A DNA stretch of 64,000 nt, taken from positions 3,915-67,914 of the forward strand of contig JAFLJT010000320.1 of the NCBI GenBank assembly GCA_022712855.1, given 5' to 3'. This DNA is from Pseudodesulfovibrio sp. GTDB lineage: Bacteria > Desulfobacterota > Desulfovibrionia > Desulfovibrionales > Desulfovibrionaceae. Made by a program: the position numbers and the translations under genes. Position 1 is the stretch's first letter. Every line of letters begins with the position of its first letter. The notes beneath the pieces were generated by a model. The model was not told the DNA's origin. It made no database searches and saw nothing but the letters and a program-made list of their open reading frames with translations. Positions 1-9,576 of the stretch are shown here, one piece after another.

Positions 1-33
1 CGAAACCTCTATGTCAGACGTCCCTCTGATTTG

Positions 34-1275
34 CTACTTTTTGTGGGAGAAGAGATCGACCGGCCCGATTTTTACCAAGTTCACAGCTTCCGCTAGGTGA
101 TCTTCGGTAACGTGGGCATAGGTGTCGGATGTGGTTTTGAATTCGTCATGGCCGAGCAGCTCCTGCAGGGCTTTGATGCTGCCGCCCTTTTCAAGGAAAT
201 CAACAGCGAAGGAATGGCGCAGATCGTGGAGCCGGAGATGTCCGAGTCCCGCCGCCCTCATCGCTTCCTTGACCTTGTGCGTGTAGGTGTCGGCATGCGC
301 CCACCGATTGAATATACGGCCCCGGCTTTTCTTCATGGAATTGAGAACCGCCCTGAAGGACGCGCTCATCGGGTAGGTTCTGTTAAGGTGTCTCTTCTCC
401 TGGGCTATGAAATATTTATTAGCGTCCCACAGAATGTCATCCCAAGTCAGCCGGAAGATTTCCGACCGACGGCGGCCAGTAGTGAGACAAGCCGCGACGA
501 AGCGGCGGACGTCAACATCCTTGATGGCATTCAGAAACTCAGTAACCTTGCCCGGATCGACAAACCCCACCCGCTTATTCTTGGGTAATTCCGAGGCCCC
601 CCTGAAGGGGTTGGCCTTGAGATAACCCCACTCCACGGCTTTTTTCATGACGGCCTTGGAATGACGTATGTAGTTGTTAATGCTGTTCGGCTTCAGCTTC
701 CGGTTTCGGCGCTTCAGCTCATCTATGGTCTTTATGGTCAGACGGTCGAGGCGTTGGCTTTCGCCCTCGATCGCAATGATCTTATTCAGGGCCAGCATAT
801 TGGCCTTGAAAGTTTTATGCGGCTGAGTGTCTTCAGCCATCGGCTCATATTCTTTCTTGAATTCGCCCAGGGTTTTGCTGCACTCACCTATGATGTGGTC
901 GAGCTTGCCTTTGAAATAGGCATCCTTGAGTCTGTTCAAACGGCGGCAGGCTTTGGAATAATCGGCGGTCCCCAAGGACAAGCGCCGTTTATCCAGCTTG
1001 TAATAGTAGCTGCTCTTTCCCGAAACCTTGCAGGGCTTTTTGCTTATGGCCATAACATCCACCATTGGCCCGGCCTTCTCAATGAGGGCGAGGACTTCTA
1101 TGTCCAGTTCGCTGACAGGGGATGACAGAGAGCTTTCAAGGATTATCCAATCCTTGCGCTTTCCTGCCAGGCGTTGCTTGGCTACTACATGTCCACCGTC
1201 GATCCACTTCAGCATGGTATCCCGATGACAGTTAGCAGCCTCGCATGCCGCACCCATTTTCAACCAACGTTCCAT
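34..1275 (-). CDS. int: Tyrosine integrase with an in-frame N-terminal excisionase-like winged-HTH extension; possible internal start at 1053
   Basis: Catalytic motifs TGRRRSE, HDLRH, LGH and TYAH. The first ~70 aa (WLKMGAACEAANCHRDTMLKWIDGG...KDWII) resemble HTH_17/Xis proteins. Confidence 0.92.
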   Translation of the reverse strand: MERWLKMGAACEAANCHRDTMLKWIDGGHVVAKQRLAGKRKDWIILESSLSSPVSELDIEVLALIEKAGPMVDVMAISKKPCKVSGKSSYYYKLDKRRLSLGTADYSKACRRLNRLKDAYFKGKLDHIIGECSKTLGEFKKEYEPMAEDTQPHKTFKANMLALNKIIAIEGESQRLDRLTIKTIDELKRRNRKLKPNSINNYIRHSKAVMKKAVEWGYLKANPFRGASELPKNKRVGFVDPGKVTEFLNAIKDVDVRRFVAACLTTGRRRSEIFRLTWDDILWDANKYFIAQEKRHLNRTYPMSASFRAVLNSMKKSRGRIFNRWAHADTYTHKVKEAMRAAGLGHLRLHDLRHSFAVDFLEKGGSIKALQELLGHDEFKTTSDTYAHVTEDHLAEAVNLVKIGPVDLFSHKK

Positions 1276-1304
1276 TAAAGAGCCCTCGTTTTTTGAGGAC
1301 TCTC

Positions 1305-1333
1305 TTGTTGCACGGTTGAAACACTTCCGTCAA
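1305..1333 (-). promoter_or_regulatory. Putative xis-int promoter (-35 TTGACG) overlapped by a 20-bp operator
   Basis: Minus strand reads TTGACggaa GTGTTTCAACCGTGCAACAA, the same layout and a similar operator as upstream of cro. Confidence 0.5.
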
Positions 1334-1369
1334 CCGAACGTTGTTTTCACGAGAAACCATATCTATTCT

Positions 1370-1882
1370 TTATTGCTCAGATGGCCCAGCTGCCCGATTG
1401 AGAATAGCCCCAGAATCCACTCCAATAGCCCGACACAGCCGGACAAGATCACTGGCACGCATGGGTTCCCGCCCTGACATCATCGCCTGAATATCTGCCA
1501 GCTCGAGCACTTCCAATTCGCTCGCCATATCTGGGAGATCCTTGCCTATGGCGGCGGCTACAGCCGCAAGGGTTGAGGCTATCTTTTTATCCATTGCAGT
1601 TACGGCCCGGTCCGGGGAAGGCGGAGGAAGCCCATCGTCTTGAGCAAAGACATCCGCAAGAGGGATTCTCAATCTGTCCAGATAGCGAATCATATCCCGA
1701 AAAGAGACATGCTCCCCACCTCGGCCCGTTGAAACCCAACGGCTAACAGAAGCCCTGGAGCTTCCCAACAAACGAGAGAGAGCCGCTTGCGACTCTCCTC
1801 CTTTTATCCGCTCATCAATCTTTTGAATGATAAGCTCCCACGCACGATTTGTTACTTTATAGCTATCCATAGTTTCGTTCAT
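1370..1882 (-). CDS. Prophage repressor (CI-like) with two XRE-type HTH regions and no obvious S24 peptidase domain
   Basis: HTH QAALSRLLGSSRASVSRWV; divergent from the cro-like gene; ATG at 1882 preceded by GGGGGAG RBS. Confidence 0.75.
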   Translation of the reverse strand: MNETMDSYKVTNRAWELIIQKIDERIKGGESQAALSRLLGSSRASVSRWVSTGRGGEHVSFRDMIRYLDRLRIPLADVFAQDDGLPPPSPDRAVTAMDKKIASTLAAVAAAIGKDLPDMASELEVLELADIQAMMSGREPMRASDLVRLCRAIGVDSGAILNRAAGPSEQ

Positions 1883-1917
1883 ATCTCCCCCTGCGTCCAC
1901 CGCGCGTATCAATTCGC

Positions 1918-1946
1918 TTGACTTAGTTGTTACACCTGTGAAACAA
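1918..1946 (+). promoter_or_regulatory. Early lytic promoter (-35 TTGACT) with operator TTGTTACACCTGTGAAACAA
   Basis: Imperfect palindrome at 1927-1946 between the divergent repressor and cro genes. Confidence 0.55.
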
Positions 1947-1953
1947 ATAGGCC

Positions 1954-2169
1954 ATGAAAAACGACAACGCCCTTGAACGCTATCGACTGAAGCACCAACT
2001 TTCCTACGCCGCCCTCGGACGCCTGGCCGGAAAAAGCCGCCTGGACGTCTCACGCCACTGCAAGGTGGACGAAGTCCCAAAGGCCGCGGCGGTGGACTAC
2101 CACGCAAAACTCTTAATCCCGATGGAGGAGCTTTGCCCCTCCGCCTACACCAACGAGTCTAAGTCCTAG
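1954..2169 (+). CDS. Cro-like HTH protein
   Basis: 71 aa, HTH SYAALGRLAGKSRLDVSRHC, divergent from the repressor. Confidence 0.7.
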   Translation: MKNDNALERYRLKHQLSYAALGRLAGKSRLDVSRHCKVDEVPKAAAVDYHAKLLIPMEELCPSAYTNESKS

Positions 2170-2221
2170 CACAGGGAGAAATCCCCACAACCCGCGTATT
2201 TTGACACGGAGGAGAAATACA

Positions 2222-2719
2222 ATGGAAGACTTCTTTGATCCCAAGAGCCTGGCCGGAATGGACCCAACGGATGCCTTCAAGGCGGCGTTCTCCATTTCAG
2301 GACTGACAGAAAAGCAACTCATGGAAAGGATGGGATGGAAACTCGACAAGACCCGCCGCACTTTTGCGACCGGGCGTTTCTTCCCCTCATTCGAAGAACT
2401 CCCGAAGTTCTGCGTTGTGGTCGGAAACAACATCGTTGTGCAGTGGATCCAGATGAACGTGCTGCTCGGCGACAAGCCCTTCGAGCATAGAAACATTGAT
2501 TGTCAAAACCTCATCCTCAGAGTTGGCGAGATGTATTCCGAAGTCGGCGATGTCGGCCAGCAAGCAGCCCTCGCTATTCAGGACGGAGAACTCGACCTCA
2601 ACGAAATCCGCAGATTGAAAAAAGAATCCGGTCAGGTTGCGGGTAAAGCCTTTGAAATCATCGCAGACCTCGGCGCGATAGAACGCGAACTGAAAAAGAA
2701 AAACAGCGAGGGGGCGTAA
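2222..2719 (+). CDS. Phage regulatory protein, CII-like
   Basis: Position after cro; C-terminal EVGDV...AIQDGELDLNE pattern typical of 186/P2-type CII family; GGAGGAG RBS. Confidence 0.55.
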   Translation: MEDFFDPKSLAGMDPTDAFKAAFSISGLTEKQLMERMGWKLDKTRRTFATGRFFPSFEELPKFCVVVGNNIVVQWIQMNVLLGDKPFEHRNIDCQNLILRVGEMYSEVGDVGQQAALAIQDGELDLNEIRRLKKESGQVAGKAFEIIADLGAIERELKKKNSEGA

Positions 2720-3021
2720 TGTACGAGTTAAACGATAACCAAAAGGAATGGTTCCACAGCAAGCCGGACCCGCTCGACATCATGCGCTTTCTCATCCACG
2801 GCCCGGCGGACACCGTCACCGAAGAGATAGAAGGCGTTGGCTTAAAAACATTTGGTCGCCTTCGCGGCATCAAAATCACAGCCTGTGTTGACAGCATCGC
2901 CTTTGCCCTGAAGGAAGCCGAGGCAATCCGCACCGAATACATCAAGGCCCTTGGCATGATCCCCCTGGACGAAGAAGGCATGGGCATCGCCGACACCCCC
3001 GAACAAAAGGTGGCGGCATGA
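2719..3021 (+). CDS. Hypothetical early phage protein
   Basis: Translationally coupled ORF in the early operon. Confidence 0.6.
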   Translation: MYELNDNQKEWFHSKPDPLDIMRFLIHGPADTVTEEIEGVGLKTFGRLRGIKITACVDSIAFALKEAEAIRTEYIKALGMIPLDEEGMGIADTPEQKVAA

Positions 3022-3566
3022 GCGAGAGCAAAATTTATTACCTCGTTGTAGGGGATGGTCCTGTCAAAGATGGCATCGACAAATACAAGGAAAGGATTCT
3101 CGAATTCCAAAAGCACACCGACAACATCCTGGACAAATATCAGGTCGTTGAATTGTTTCGGAATGGCAAGGCCATCATCGGGATGAAATTCAAAGACGGC
3201 GAATGCCCGGCCCACTTCTTCCACAAGAAAGGTGATCCGCCCGAGTGCCGCCGCCCTCTGAAGCGGATGAAGAAGGGGAAGGAGGCAGCCAAAGAACTGG
3301 CCACTGTAACCCGCCCCGACATCCACGACCTAGCCCGATGGTCAAAGTCAGATTGCACCATGGTTATGACACCTAAGTCGCGGACAGGAGCCGCCCTTGC
3401 CTGGCCCGTCTTTGAACAGATCGGCGGGGACTTCGTCTGGATCGTTCCGGTAGGAACAAGCGGCATGTCTAAACACGAAGAGATGAAACCCGCGAATACG
3501 CCCCTGGAAGGACTCCGGGAACTCAAAGGGTCCGAGTACCTAGCGATGAAGGAGTCCATAGCATGA
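3018..3566 (+). CDS. Hypothetical early phage protein
   Basis: ATGA overlap, 182 aa. Confidence 0.65.
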   Translation: MSESKIYYLVVGDGPVKDGIDKYKERILEFQKHTDNILDKYQVVELFRNGKAIIGMKFKDGECPAHFFHKKGDPPECRRPLKRMKKGKEAAKELATVTRPDIHDLARWSKSDCTMVMTPKSRTGAALAWPVFEQIGGDFVWIVPVGTSGMSKHEEMKPANTPLEGLRELKGSEYLAMKESIA

Positions 3567-4012
3567 CCCGCGAACAGATCGTCAGCCGAAGAGATCAACG
3601 CTTGGCAAGCCTGGCAAAGATTCTCTACGCCGCCCTTGATAGCGGAGACACAGAGGTCCGGGTGGTACAGATCCCGGCCTTGCTCCCTCAGTCCGTTAGC
3701 TTCAAAAACAATTCAATGCTTCATCGCTTTTTGCGCGACCAACCCCTGACCCTGAATACACAAAAACGGGAATCAGGCAGGAGAACATTCATTCCCCTCG
3801 ACAGCAATGCCCTTGGTTTCATCGCGGACAATCTCGGCATGGACATCATTGACCTGCTGAAAATGCGCCCCGCTCGCCCCGAAGCCTTCCCCGATTTCAT
3901 GTCCAAGGCTGACTTTTACCAGAGGCTCCAAGACACCCCCGACTTCGCCCCCATGGGCGACCCCGTCTTTACACTCACACAAGCACCGAGGATACAATCA
4001 TGGACGAGATAG
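3563..4012 (+). CDS. Hypothetical early phage protein
   Basis: ATGA overlap, 149 aa. Confidence 0.6.
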   Translation: MTREQIVSRRDQRLASLAKILYAALDSGDTEVRVVQIPALLPQSVSFKNNSMLHRFLRDQPLTLNTQKRESGRRTFIPLDSNALGFIADNLGMDIIDLLKMRPARPEAFPDFMSKADFYQRLQDTPDFAPMGDPVFTLTQAPRIQSWTR

Positions 4013-4164
4013 TTATCTGCAAAACATGCAAGCAAGAAATTCGATTCGGCGAATTAAAAACCGTATGGATTGAGCCAATCAGCTTTCAACATTTTGTTTG
4101 TCCCTGTTGCAACAAATCCGACTTTGATGTCAGCCACCTGGAACCGGGCAAGGAAACGGCGTGA
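4000..4164 (+). CDS. Small Zn-finger-like protein (54 aa, not in ORF track)
   Basis: MDEIVICKTCKQE...FVCPCCNKSDF; GAGG RBS; stop overlaps the GTG of the replication gene. Confidence 0.55.
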   Translation: MDEIVICKTCKQEIRFGELKTVWIEPISFQHFVCPCCNKSDFDVSHLEPGKETA

Positions 4165-6854
4165 CAAATTACCGAAAAGACATCGGAGCCGATGAGATTG
4201 TCCGGGCGCTCATGTCCGACCCTTCCTTAGATTTCAAAAAAAGAGACTCCCGGCTTTACAAGGGCAGATGCCCTTCGTGTGGGGAAAAAGAACTATGGAC
4301 CACGACAGCCAAACCTTGGGTGCTTTTCTGCAATAGATCTACAAACTGCGGGTGGTCCGCTCCGGTACGCGAACTGCTGCCGGATCTGTTCGCGGATTTC
4401 GCAAAGAGATATCCACCAACAGACAAAGATCGCAATGCGACGGCATCCGCCTACCTTGGAATAGACCGAGGCTTTGACCTTTCCAAGATACGGGGATGGT
4501 ATGAGCAGGGAACCTTCCAGCGTCCCGGCTATAATAGCTTCACCCCTACGGTTCGGTTTTATCTGGACCGCGAAAAAGGCATATGGATGGAACGGTTCAT
4601 TGATAGCCAATTCATCAAGGGCATTAAACGCAAAGCTCATTTCCAGGGGAAGTACAAAGGACTAGCCTGGACACCACCCGGCTTAACCCTGGAGAAAGGC
4701 GACCAGTGTTTTTTGGTAGAAGGCTGCATCCACACCATAGCTTTGGCCCACATGGAGGATCCGAAAAAAGCGGCAGCTTGTCTTTCCTCCAAGACCTTCC
4801 CCACCCTCTTTATAGACAAGCACAAAGGACAAAACATTACCTGGGTGATTGCTTTGGATGGGGACAAGTCAGGGCGTGAAGGTATAAAAATATTTGTCAA
4901 AAAGCTGAAAGCGCTGGGCGAGAAATACAAGGTCCTGCTGCTGCCGGATAACGGCATGGATTGGGATGACTACCACAGGAATGGGAGCCTGACCGACAAG
5001 CTACTCAGCGAACGCCTCTATCGTGGAAAGCTGTTCATGGCCGAAAGCGTGGAAGAAAAGGCGTACCATTTCTATATCCGCAACAAATATCATTCGTTCA
5101 TTCTTGATTTTAGATCCGCGTTGTACAGCATCAATATCAGCACAACGGCTCTTTTCAATGATTTGCGGCCAGGTAAGGGAGAAGATCAAGAGCAGGAACC
5201 GGAAGAAATCGACATCAACTCAATTAAAGGCTGGCACATTTTCAAAGAGAATGTGGGCATACAGCAAATATCCAACATCTTCCCAAGGTTCCTTTATATT
5301 GAGAGGGACGACATTACGGACGAACGGCTTTATGTCTTTGACATTCAGTATTCAAACGGAGCGCCAAGGGAAATAATCAAGCTGGAAGGCAACCACGTTG
5401 CCGCCCCGGATGCCTTCAATAAAGCTCTGCTGAAAAAATCATACGCCGGAAAGTTTGACGGAGATCCCCGGCAATTCAAAATTCTAAGCGACCGCTGGTT
5501 TAGCTCGAACATGAAAAGGATCATTTCCATTCCATTTGTCGGGTATGACAACACCACTAATGCATATGTGTTTCAGGATAGAGCATACCACAAAGGGCGT
5601 GAAATCCCCCTGAACCGAGACGGATACTTTCAAGTAAAAAATGGGGGGATCAAGACCAGCCTGGTAGGCACCCACATTATCACCGACGGGAAATTCGACC
5701 CCAGTTGGTTGAACGACTACAGCTATGTATTCCACCATCAAGGAATGGTGCTACTCGCCTTCTGGTTCGGCAGTCTGTTTGCACAGCAAGTAAGAGCTAT
5801 CCACAAATCATATCCCTTCCTGGAGTACACAGGCGAACCCGGCACAGGTAAATCCACAGCCCTGGAATTCCTTTGGGCCTGTTCTGGCCGCGACGATTGG
5901 GAAGGCTTCGACATCATGAAATCGTCCAAGGCGGGGCGAGGCCGCGCCATGGTCCAGGTGTCCAACCTGCCCGTTGTTCTCATCGAATCTGACCGCGACA
6001 ACGGCAGCCAAGATGCCAAAGCAAAACAGTATGATTTTGACGAATTGAAATCTGCTTATAATGGACGCACAGTCAGAACAATGGGAGTCGCCAAACGAGG
6101 CAATGAGGTAGATGAAAGCCCCTTTCGGGCTGCCGTCATCATCAGCCAGAACGCCGAAGTGGATGGCTCCGAAGCTCTTCTGCAGCGCATCGTTCATGTC
6201 CATGCAGACAAGAAACACCACAAACCCGACTCCCGCGACATAGCACGCTGGTTTGAAAAGCAGACCAGCTCCACCGTTGGCGGGTTATTGCGTAAGGCCC
6301 TGCAACATGAGCTACAGATTCTCAGCACCTACGAGAAATACTTCGCCATATATGAGGAACAATTCGGCAAGAGCGGAAAGATTCGCAACGAGCGCATAGT
6401 CAAGAACCATGCCCAGGTGGCGGCATTCGGCAAGACCCTGCAGATCCTTTTCCCGTCCTGGACCGATGAGCGCCAGGCCAAGCTGGCCGAGTACATATTG
6501 AAACGGGCCGAAGCCAGAGAACAGCGCCTTGCCCACGACCACCCCATTATCGAACAGTTCTGGGAAAGCTACCACTACCTAAACAGCCAACACCCAACCA
6601 AAGCCGATGACTTCCTGAATCATGCAAACGGCGACGGACTTCTCGCAATTAATCTGCCCCAGTTTCGGGAGATGTGCCAAAAGCACGGCCAGGAATTGGT
6701 GGACCAGAAGATGCTGAAGAAGCTGCTGCCCCAGGGTAAGCGCCACAAGTTTGTGGAATGCCGGAACGTCGCAAGCAAACACCTTGAACGAAATGACAAT
6801 CTCACAGGCAAGGCGGTCGCCAGATCCATGCGCTGTTGGGTCTTTAAAAAGTAG
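4161..6854 (+). CDS. Replication protein: Zn-ribbon + TOPRIM primase + C-terminal helicase (P4 alpha/phiCTX-like architecture)
   Basis: CPSC...C Zn ribbon, VEG...DGD TOPRIM, DWDD, Walker A GEPGTGKST. Confidence 0.88.
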   Translation: MTNYRKDIGADEIVRALMSDPSLDFKKRDSRLYKGRCPSCGEKELWTTTAKPWVLFCNRSTNCGWSAPVRELLPDLFADFAKRYPPTDKDRNATASAYLGIDRGFDLSKIRGWYEQGTFQRPGYNSFTPTVRFYLDREKGIWMERFIDSQFIKGIKRKAHFQGKYKGLAWTPPGLTLEKGDQCFLVEGCIHTIALAHMEDPKKAAACLSSKTFPTLFIDKHKGQNITWVIALDGDKSGREGIKIFVKKLKALGEKYKVLLLPDNGMDWDDYHRNGSLTDKLLSERLYRGKLFMAESVEEKAYHFYIRNKYHSFILDFRSALYSINISTTALFNDLRPGKGEDQEQEPEEIDINSIKGWHIFKENVGIQQISNIFPRFLYIERDDITDERLYVFDIQYSNGAPREIIKLEGNHVAAPDAFNKALLKKSYAGKFDGDPRQFKILSDRWFSSNMKRIISIPFVGYDNTTNAYVFQDRAYHKGREIPLNRDGYFQVKNGGIKTSLVGTHIITDGKFDPSWLNDYSYVFHHQGMVLLAFWFGSLFAQQVRAIHKSYPFLEYTGEPGTGKSTALEFLWACSGRDDWEGFDIMKSSKAGRGRAMVQVSNLPVVLIESDRDNGSQDAKAKQYDFDELKSAYNGRTVRTMGVAKRGNEVDESPFRAAVIISQNAEVDGSEALLQRIVHVHADKKHHKPDSRDIARWFEKQTSSTVGGLLRKALQHELQILSTYEKYFAIYEEQFGKSGKIRNERIVKNHAQVAAFGKTLQILFPSWTDERQAKLAEYILKRAEAREQRLAHDHPIIEQFWESYHYLNSQHPTKADDFLNHANGDGLLAINLPQFREMCQKHGQELVDQKMLKKLLPQGKRHKFVECRNVASKHLERNDNLTGKAVARSMRCWVFKK

Positions 6855-6862
6855 GAACTCAC

Positions 6863-7120
6863 ATGGAAAAGGTAGACATCCCCCTCGAATCGGATCCGCT
6901 GCTCGGACAGGAAGAACAGCTTGACCAGGTCAACGCGGCCCCCATGAGTGGCCTGAACAAGAAACGACCAAAATGTATAACCCCCCGCTGCCCGAGCAAA
7001 GGCCGCTGCAAATGCCCCGGCTTTGACGGACCAGACAGGGACTACACCGAGAATCTGGGCGAGAACAATATCTGCGGATACTTCAAAACGACGGAGGAAG
7101 TATGGAAACCATCACCATAA
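6863..7120 (+). CDS. Hypothetical Cys-rich protein
   Basis: AGGA RBS, 85 aa. Confidence 0.5.
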   Translation: MEKVDIPLESDPLLGQEEQLDQVNAAPMSGLNKKRPKCITPRCPSKGRCKCPGFDGPDRDYTENLGENNICGYFKTTEEVWKPSP

Positions 7121-7281
7121 CACCTGAAGCGCTACAATCTTTCCAGATGCTCATGCGCCTGATTAAAGAACTCGACGGGCAGCTGCCCGGCGTTGCCCTG
7201 GTCAAGAACCAGGCCGAGGCCGTGGATGATGTCATGGAAGGACGTGTCACCATTGAGGCGAAAGAGGAGGGGCCTGGCTAA
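7102..7281 (+). CDS. Hypothetical protein (59 aa, not in ORF track)
   Basis: GGAGG RBS, METITITPEAL...; TAATG coupling to the next gene. Confidence 0.5.
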   Translation: METITITPEALQSFQMLMRLIKELDGQLPGVALVKNQAEAVDDVMEGRVTIEAKEEGPG

Positions 7282-7517
7282 TGGGATCGAGGTGGCGAGA
7301 TATAGCGGCACCCATCATTGCCAAAGTCATTACCGACCATCCCCCAGGCAAGGAACGGCGAAAGGCATTGATTGAGGCATACCCCTTCGGCGATCGCAAA
7401 TATCACCCATACAAAATATGGCTTGATGAAATGGCGAAACAAGAGGGGCGGAAGCCCCGGAATACGAATAACAAACAGAAGACACACGGCGACCAACATT
7501 TGTTGCCCTCGTCTTGA
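7281..7517 (+). CDS. Hypothetical phage protein
   Basis: Coupled start; AYPFGDRKYHPYKIWLDE motif. Confidence 0.6.
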   Translation: MGSRWRDIAAPIIAKVITDHPPGKERRKALIEAYPFGDRKYHPYKIWLDEMAKQEGRKPRNTNNKQKTHGDQHLLPSS

Positions 7518-7550
7518 TAGTCAGAAGACATTTTTGAGGAGGAATAGATC

Positions 7551-7790
7551 ATGTCCAAAAATCAATTGAAAGACTTGAACGATCATCTTTTTGCCCAGCT
7601 GGAACGGCTCGGAGTAAAGGATCTTAAAGGGGAAGATCTGCAGGAGGAAATCCAACGCAGCGAGGCCATCACCAACGTATCAAAGGAGGTCGTGGCTAAT
7701 GCGACGCTGGTACTCAAGGCGGTGGTTGCACAGTCGAAGTCTGTGGGTGGCTTGCCCGCTCCCTCCCTGCTCTCCATTGGTGAGGATTAA
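7551..7790 (+). CDS. Conserved phage protein typically found upstream of an HNH gene
   Basis: KNQLKDLNDHLFAQLERL pattern; GAGGAGG RBS. Confidence 0.7.
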   Translation: MSKNQLKDLNDHLFAQLERLGVKDLKGEDLQEEIQRSEAITNVSKEVVANATLVLKAVVAQSKSVGGLPAPSLLSIGED

Positions 7791-7792
7791 GA

Positions 7793-8602
7793 ATGTCTCG
7801 GAACATCTACACTCAAGAGCAGCTTGATTTTCTGCGTGACGGATACAAGGCGCAGCGCGTTCCTGAGCTGACCCTCAAATTCAATGAAAAGTTTGACCAG
7901 GCCAGGACCGAGAAGGCCATCAAGTCCACTCTCAAAAGGGAAGGTTTCAAGTGTGGCCGGGCCCCTGGATTCAGAAAGGGCGAAAGGCTCACCTACAGCA
8001 AAGAACAGATGGCTTTCATCATGGAAGCATACACGCGAATGAGCCTTGACGAAATGACCGCCGCATTCAATCGAAAATTTCAGGAAACGAAAACGGTCAA
8101 GCAGCTCCGTTCCTTCACCCGCAATCACAATATCAGATCCGGACGGACTGGCCGCTATGAGAAAGGCAACATTCCATGGACTGCCGGCACGGCTGGAAAA
8201 GGAATATGTAAGCCGAACAGCGGCAGCTTCCAAAAGGGAGATGTCCCCGTCAATGTGCGTCCGCTTGGAAGTGAACGAATTTGCCCGCAGGATGGATTCA
8301 TCCTGCTCAAGATCGAGGAGGAGAATCCTTACACAGGGGCCCCGACCAGATACAAACACAAGCATGTCGTTATTTGGGAGGAAACCCATGGGCCCGCTCC
8401 GGAGGGATATGTGATCCGCTTCCTGGACGGCAACAAGTTAAACTGCATTCTGGAGAACCTCGGCCTGTTCACCAGGGCCGAGAGCTTGCAAATGACCAGG
8501 CTCGGATTCGGCGATGTGCCGGACGAGTTCAAACCAACGATCACGGCCATGGCCAAGTTGGATGCAAAACGGTTCGAGCTCGTCCGAGAACTGGCCGACT
8601 AA
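7793..8602 (+). CDS. HNH endonuclease-family protein with duplicated N-terminal helical repeats
   Basis: KHVVIWEETHGP...IRFLDGNKLNCILENL; two YTQEQ/YSKEQ repeats. Confidence 0.8.
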   Translation: MSRNIYTQEQLDFLRDGYKAQRVPELTLKFNEKFDQARTEKAIKSTLKREGFKCGRAPGFRKGERLTYSKEQMAFIMEAYTRMSLDEMTAAFNRKFQETKTVKQLRSFTRNHNIRSGRTGRYEKGNIPWTAGTAGKGICKPNSGSFQKGDVPVNVRPLGSERICPQDGFILLKIEEENPYTGAPTRYKHKHVVIWEETHGPAPEGYVIRFLDGNKLNCILENLGLFTRAESLQMTRLGFGDVPDEFKPTITAMAKLDAKRFELVRELAD

Positions 8603-8622
8603 CTCAGCAAAGGTGGACCAAC

Positions 8623-8799
8623 ATGGGAAGCGCAATATTCGAAGGCGTTGAGATATCGACCTACACGCTTGATGACTTGATCGGTCGCCGCGTGGACATC
8701 CTCGCCACAGAAAACGAAGACGGTAAAATCGTAGTGGCGCGTGATGTCAAGACGGGTGAGGGCTTCGTTCTCAACTTAGAAGTAACCGACGAAAGGTAG
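8623..8799 (+). CDS. Hypothetical protein (58 aa)
   Basis: GGTGG RBS, MGSAIFEGVEIS... Confidence 0.45.
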   Translation: MGSAIFEGVEISTYTLDDLIGRRVDILATENEDGKIVVARDVKTGEGFVLNLEVTDER

Positions 8800-8918
8800 T
8801 CGTTCATGAGAGGCGTTGTCTCATAACGGGAAATCCGTAAACTTCTGATTTTCGGCTACTGCCACAAGGGTTTTACCCTGCATACGGAACGCATACGAAT
8901 TGAAAAGGAGCCTTTGAA

Positions 8919-9413
8919 ATGGCTGATAATGGAAAAGTAACACGCCTAAGAATGACCGGAACGCGCAAGGGCGTTATGCCAGCACGGCCCCTGTGCTTTG
9001 GAGGCCATAGCCGGGAAGCCTGTACCTATTGTGTCCACGGTATATTCTGTGCCGACACAGAAAAATTTAGACAGTTCCATGCAAAAGCAGATGCAACAAC
9101 AGCATTGGTCCGGCTCCTCTTGGGGGAGAATCAGGAGTTAATGCTGGCCCGGAATGAACTGCGGAGGATCGCGGACGTGTGCTGTTTCGACAAGGTTGAA
9201 GACATGGTCGAAAACTATGACCGTGTGTGTGGAGAAGCCGAACGGTTCCGGAATGCGTTGGAAAACATCGTAGCCTACACAAGCCCCAACGCTGGAGACA
9301 AGAGATACGCATTCTCTAACAAGATGTATGAAATTAGTTCGGAAGCCCTGGACGCTTCCCCGACGCCTGTTGTGAATGCTGACGGCACACACAAAGCCAG
9401 TTGTGAATGTTGA
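8919..9413 (+). CDS. Hypothetical phage protein
   Basis: AAGGAG RBS; Cys-rich N-terminus. Confidence 0.55.
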   Translation: MADNGKVTRLRMTGTRKGVMPARPLCFGGHSREACTYCVHGIFCADTEKFRQFHAKADATTALVRLLLGENQELMLARNELRRIADVCCFDKVEDMVENYDRVCGEAERFRNALENIVAYTSPNAGDKRYAFSNKMYEISSEALDASPTPVVNADGTHKASCEC

Positions 9414-9576
9414 CGGCGCACACAGCATATAAAGGGAAACAACCTATACTCAATAGAAAGCCCGCCCCGTTGGATTCCATAGGAATCTGACTTCCAAATA
9501 CGAGGGGGCCACACACAATGTGCGGCCCCTCGTTCAAAGTTGGAGCCGGGACACCCCCGGCAACACAAGGACCATA

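Noticed and set aside
1883-2107. Extended N-terminus of the repressor in the ORF track
   Set aside because: Overlaps cro and the promoter region; the ATG at 1882 has a good RBS.
9370-9425. Short tandem duplication GTTGTGAATGYTGACGGCRCACACA
   Set aside because: Only two copies at a gene end; most likely a local duplication with no evident function.
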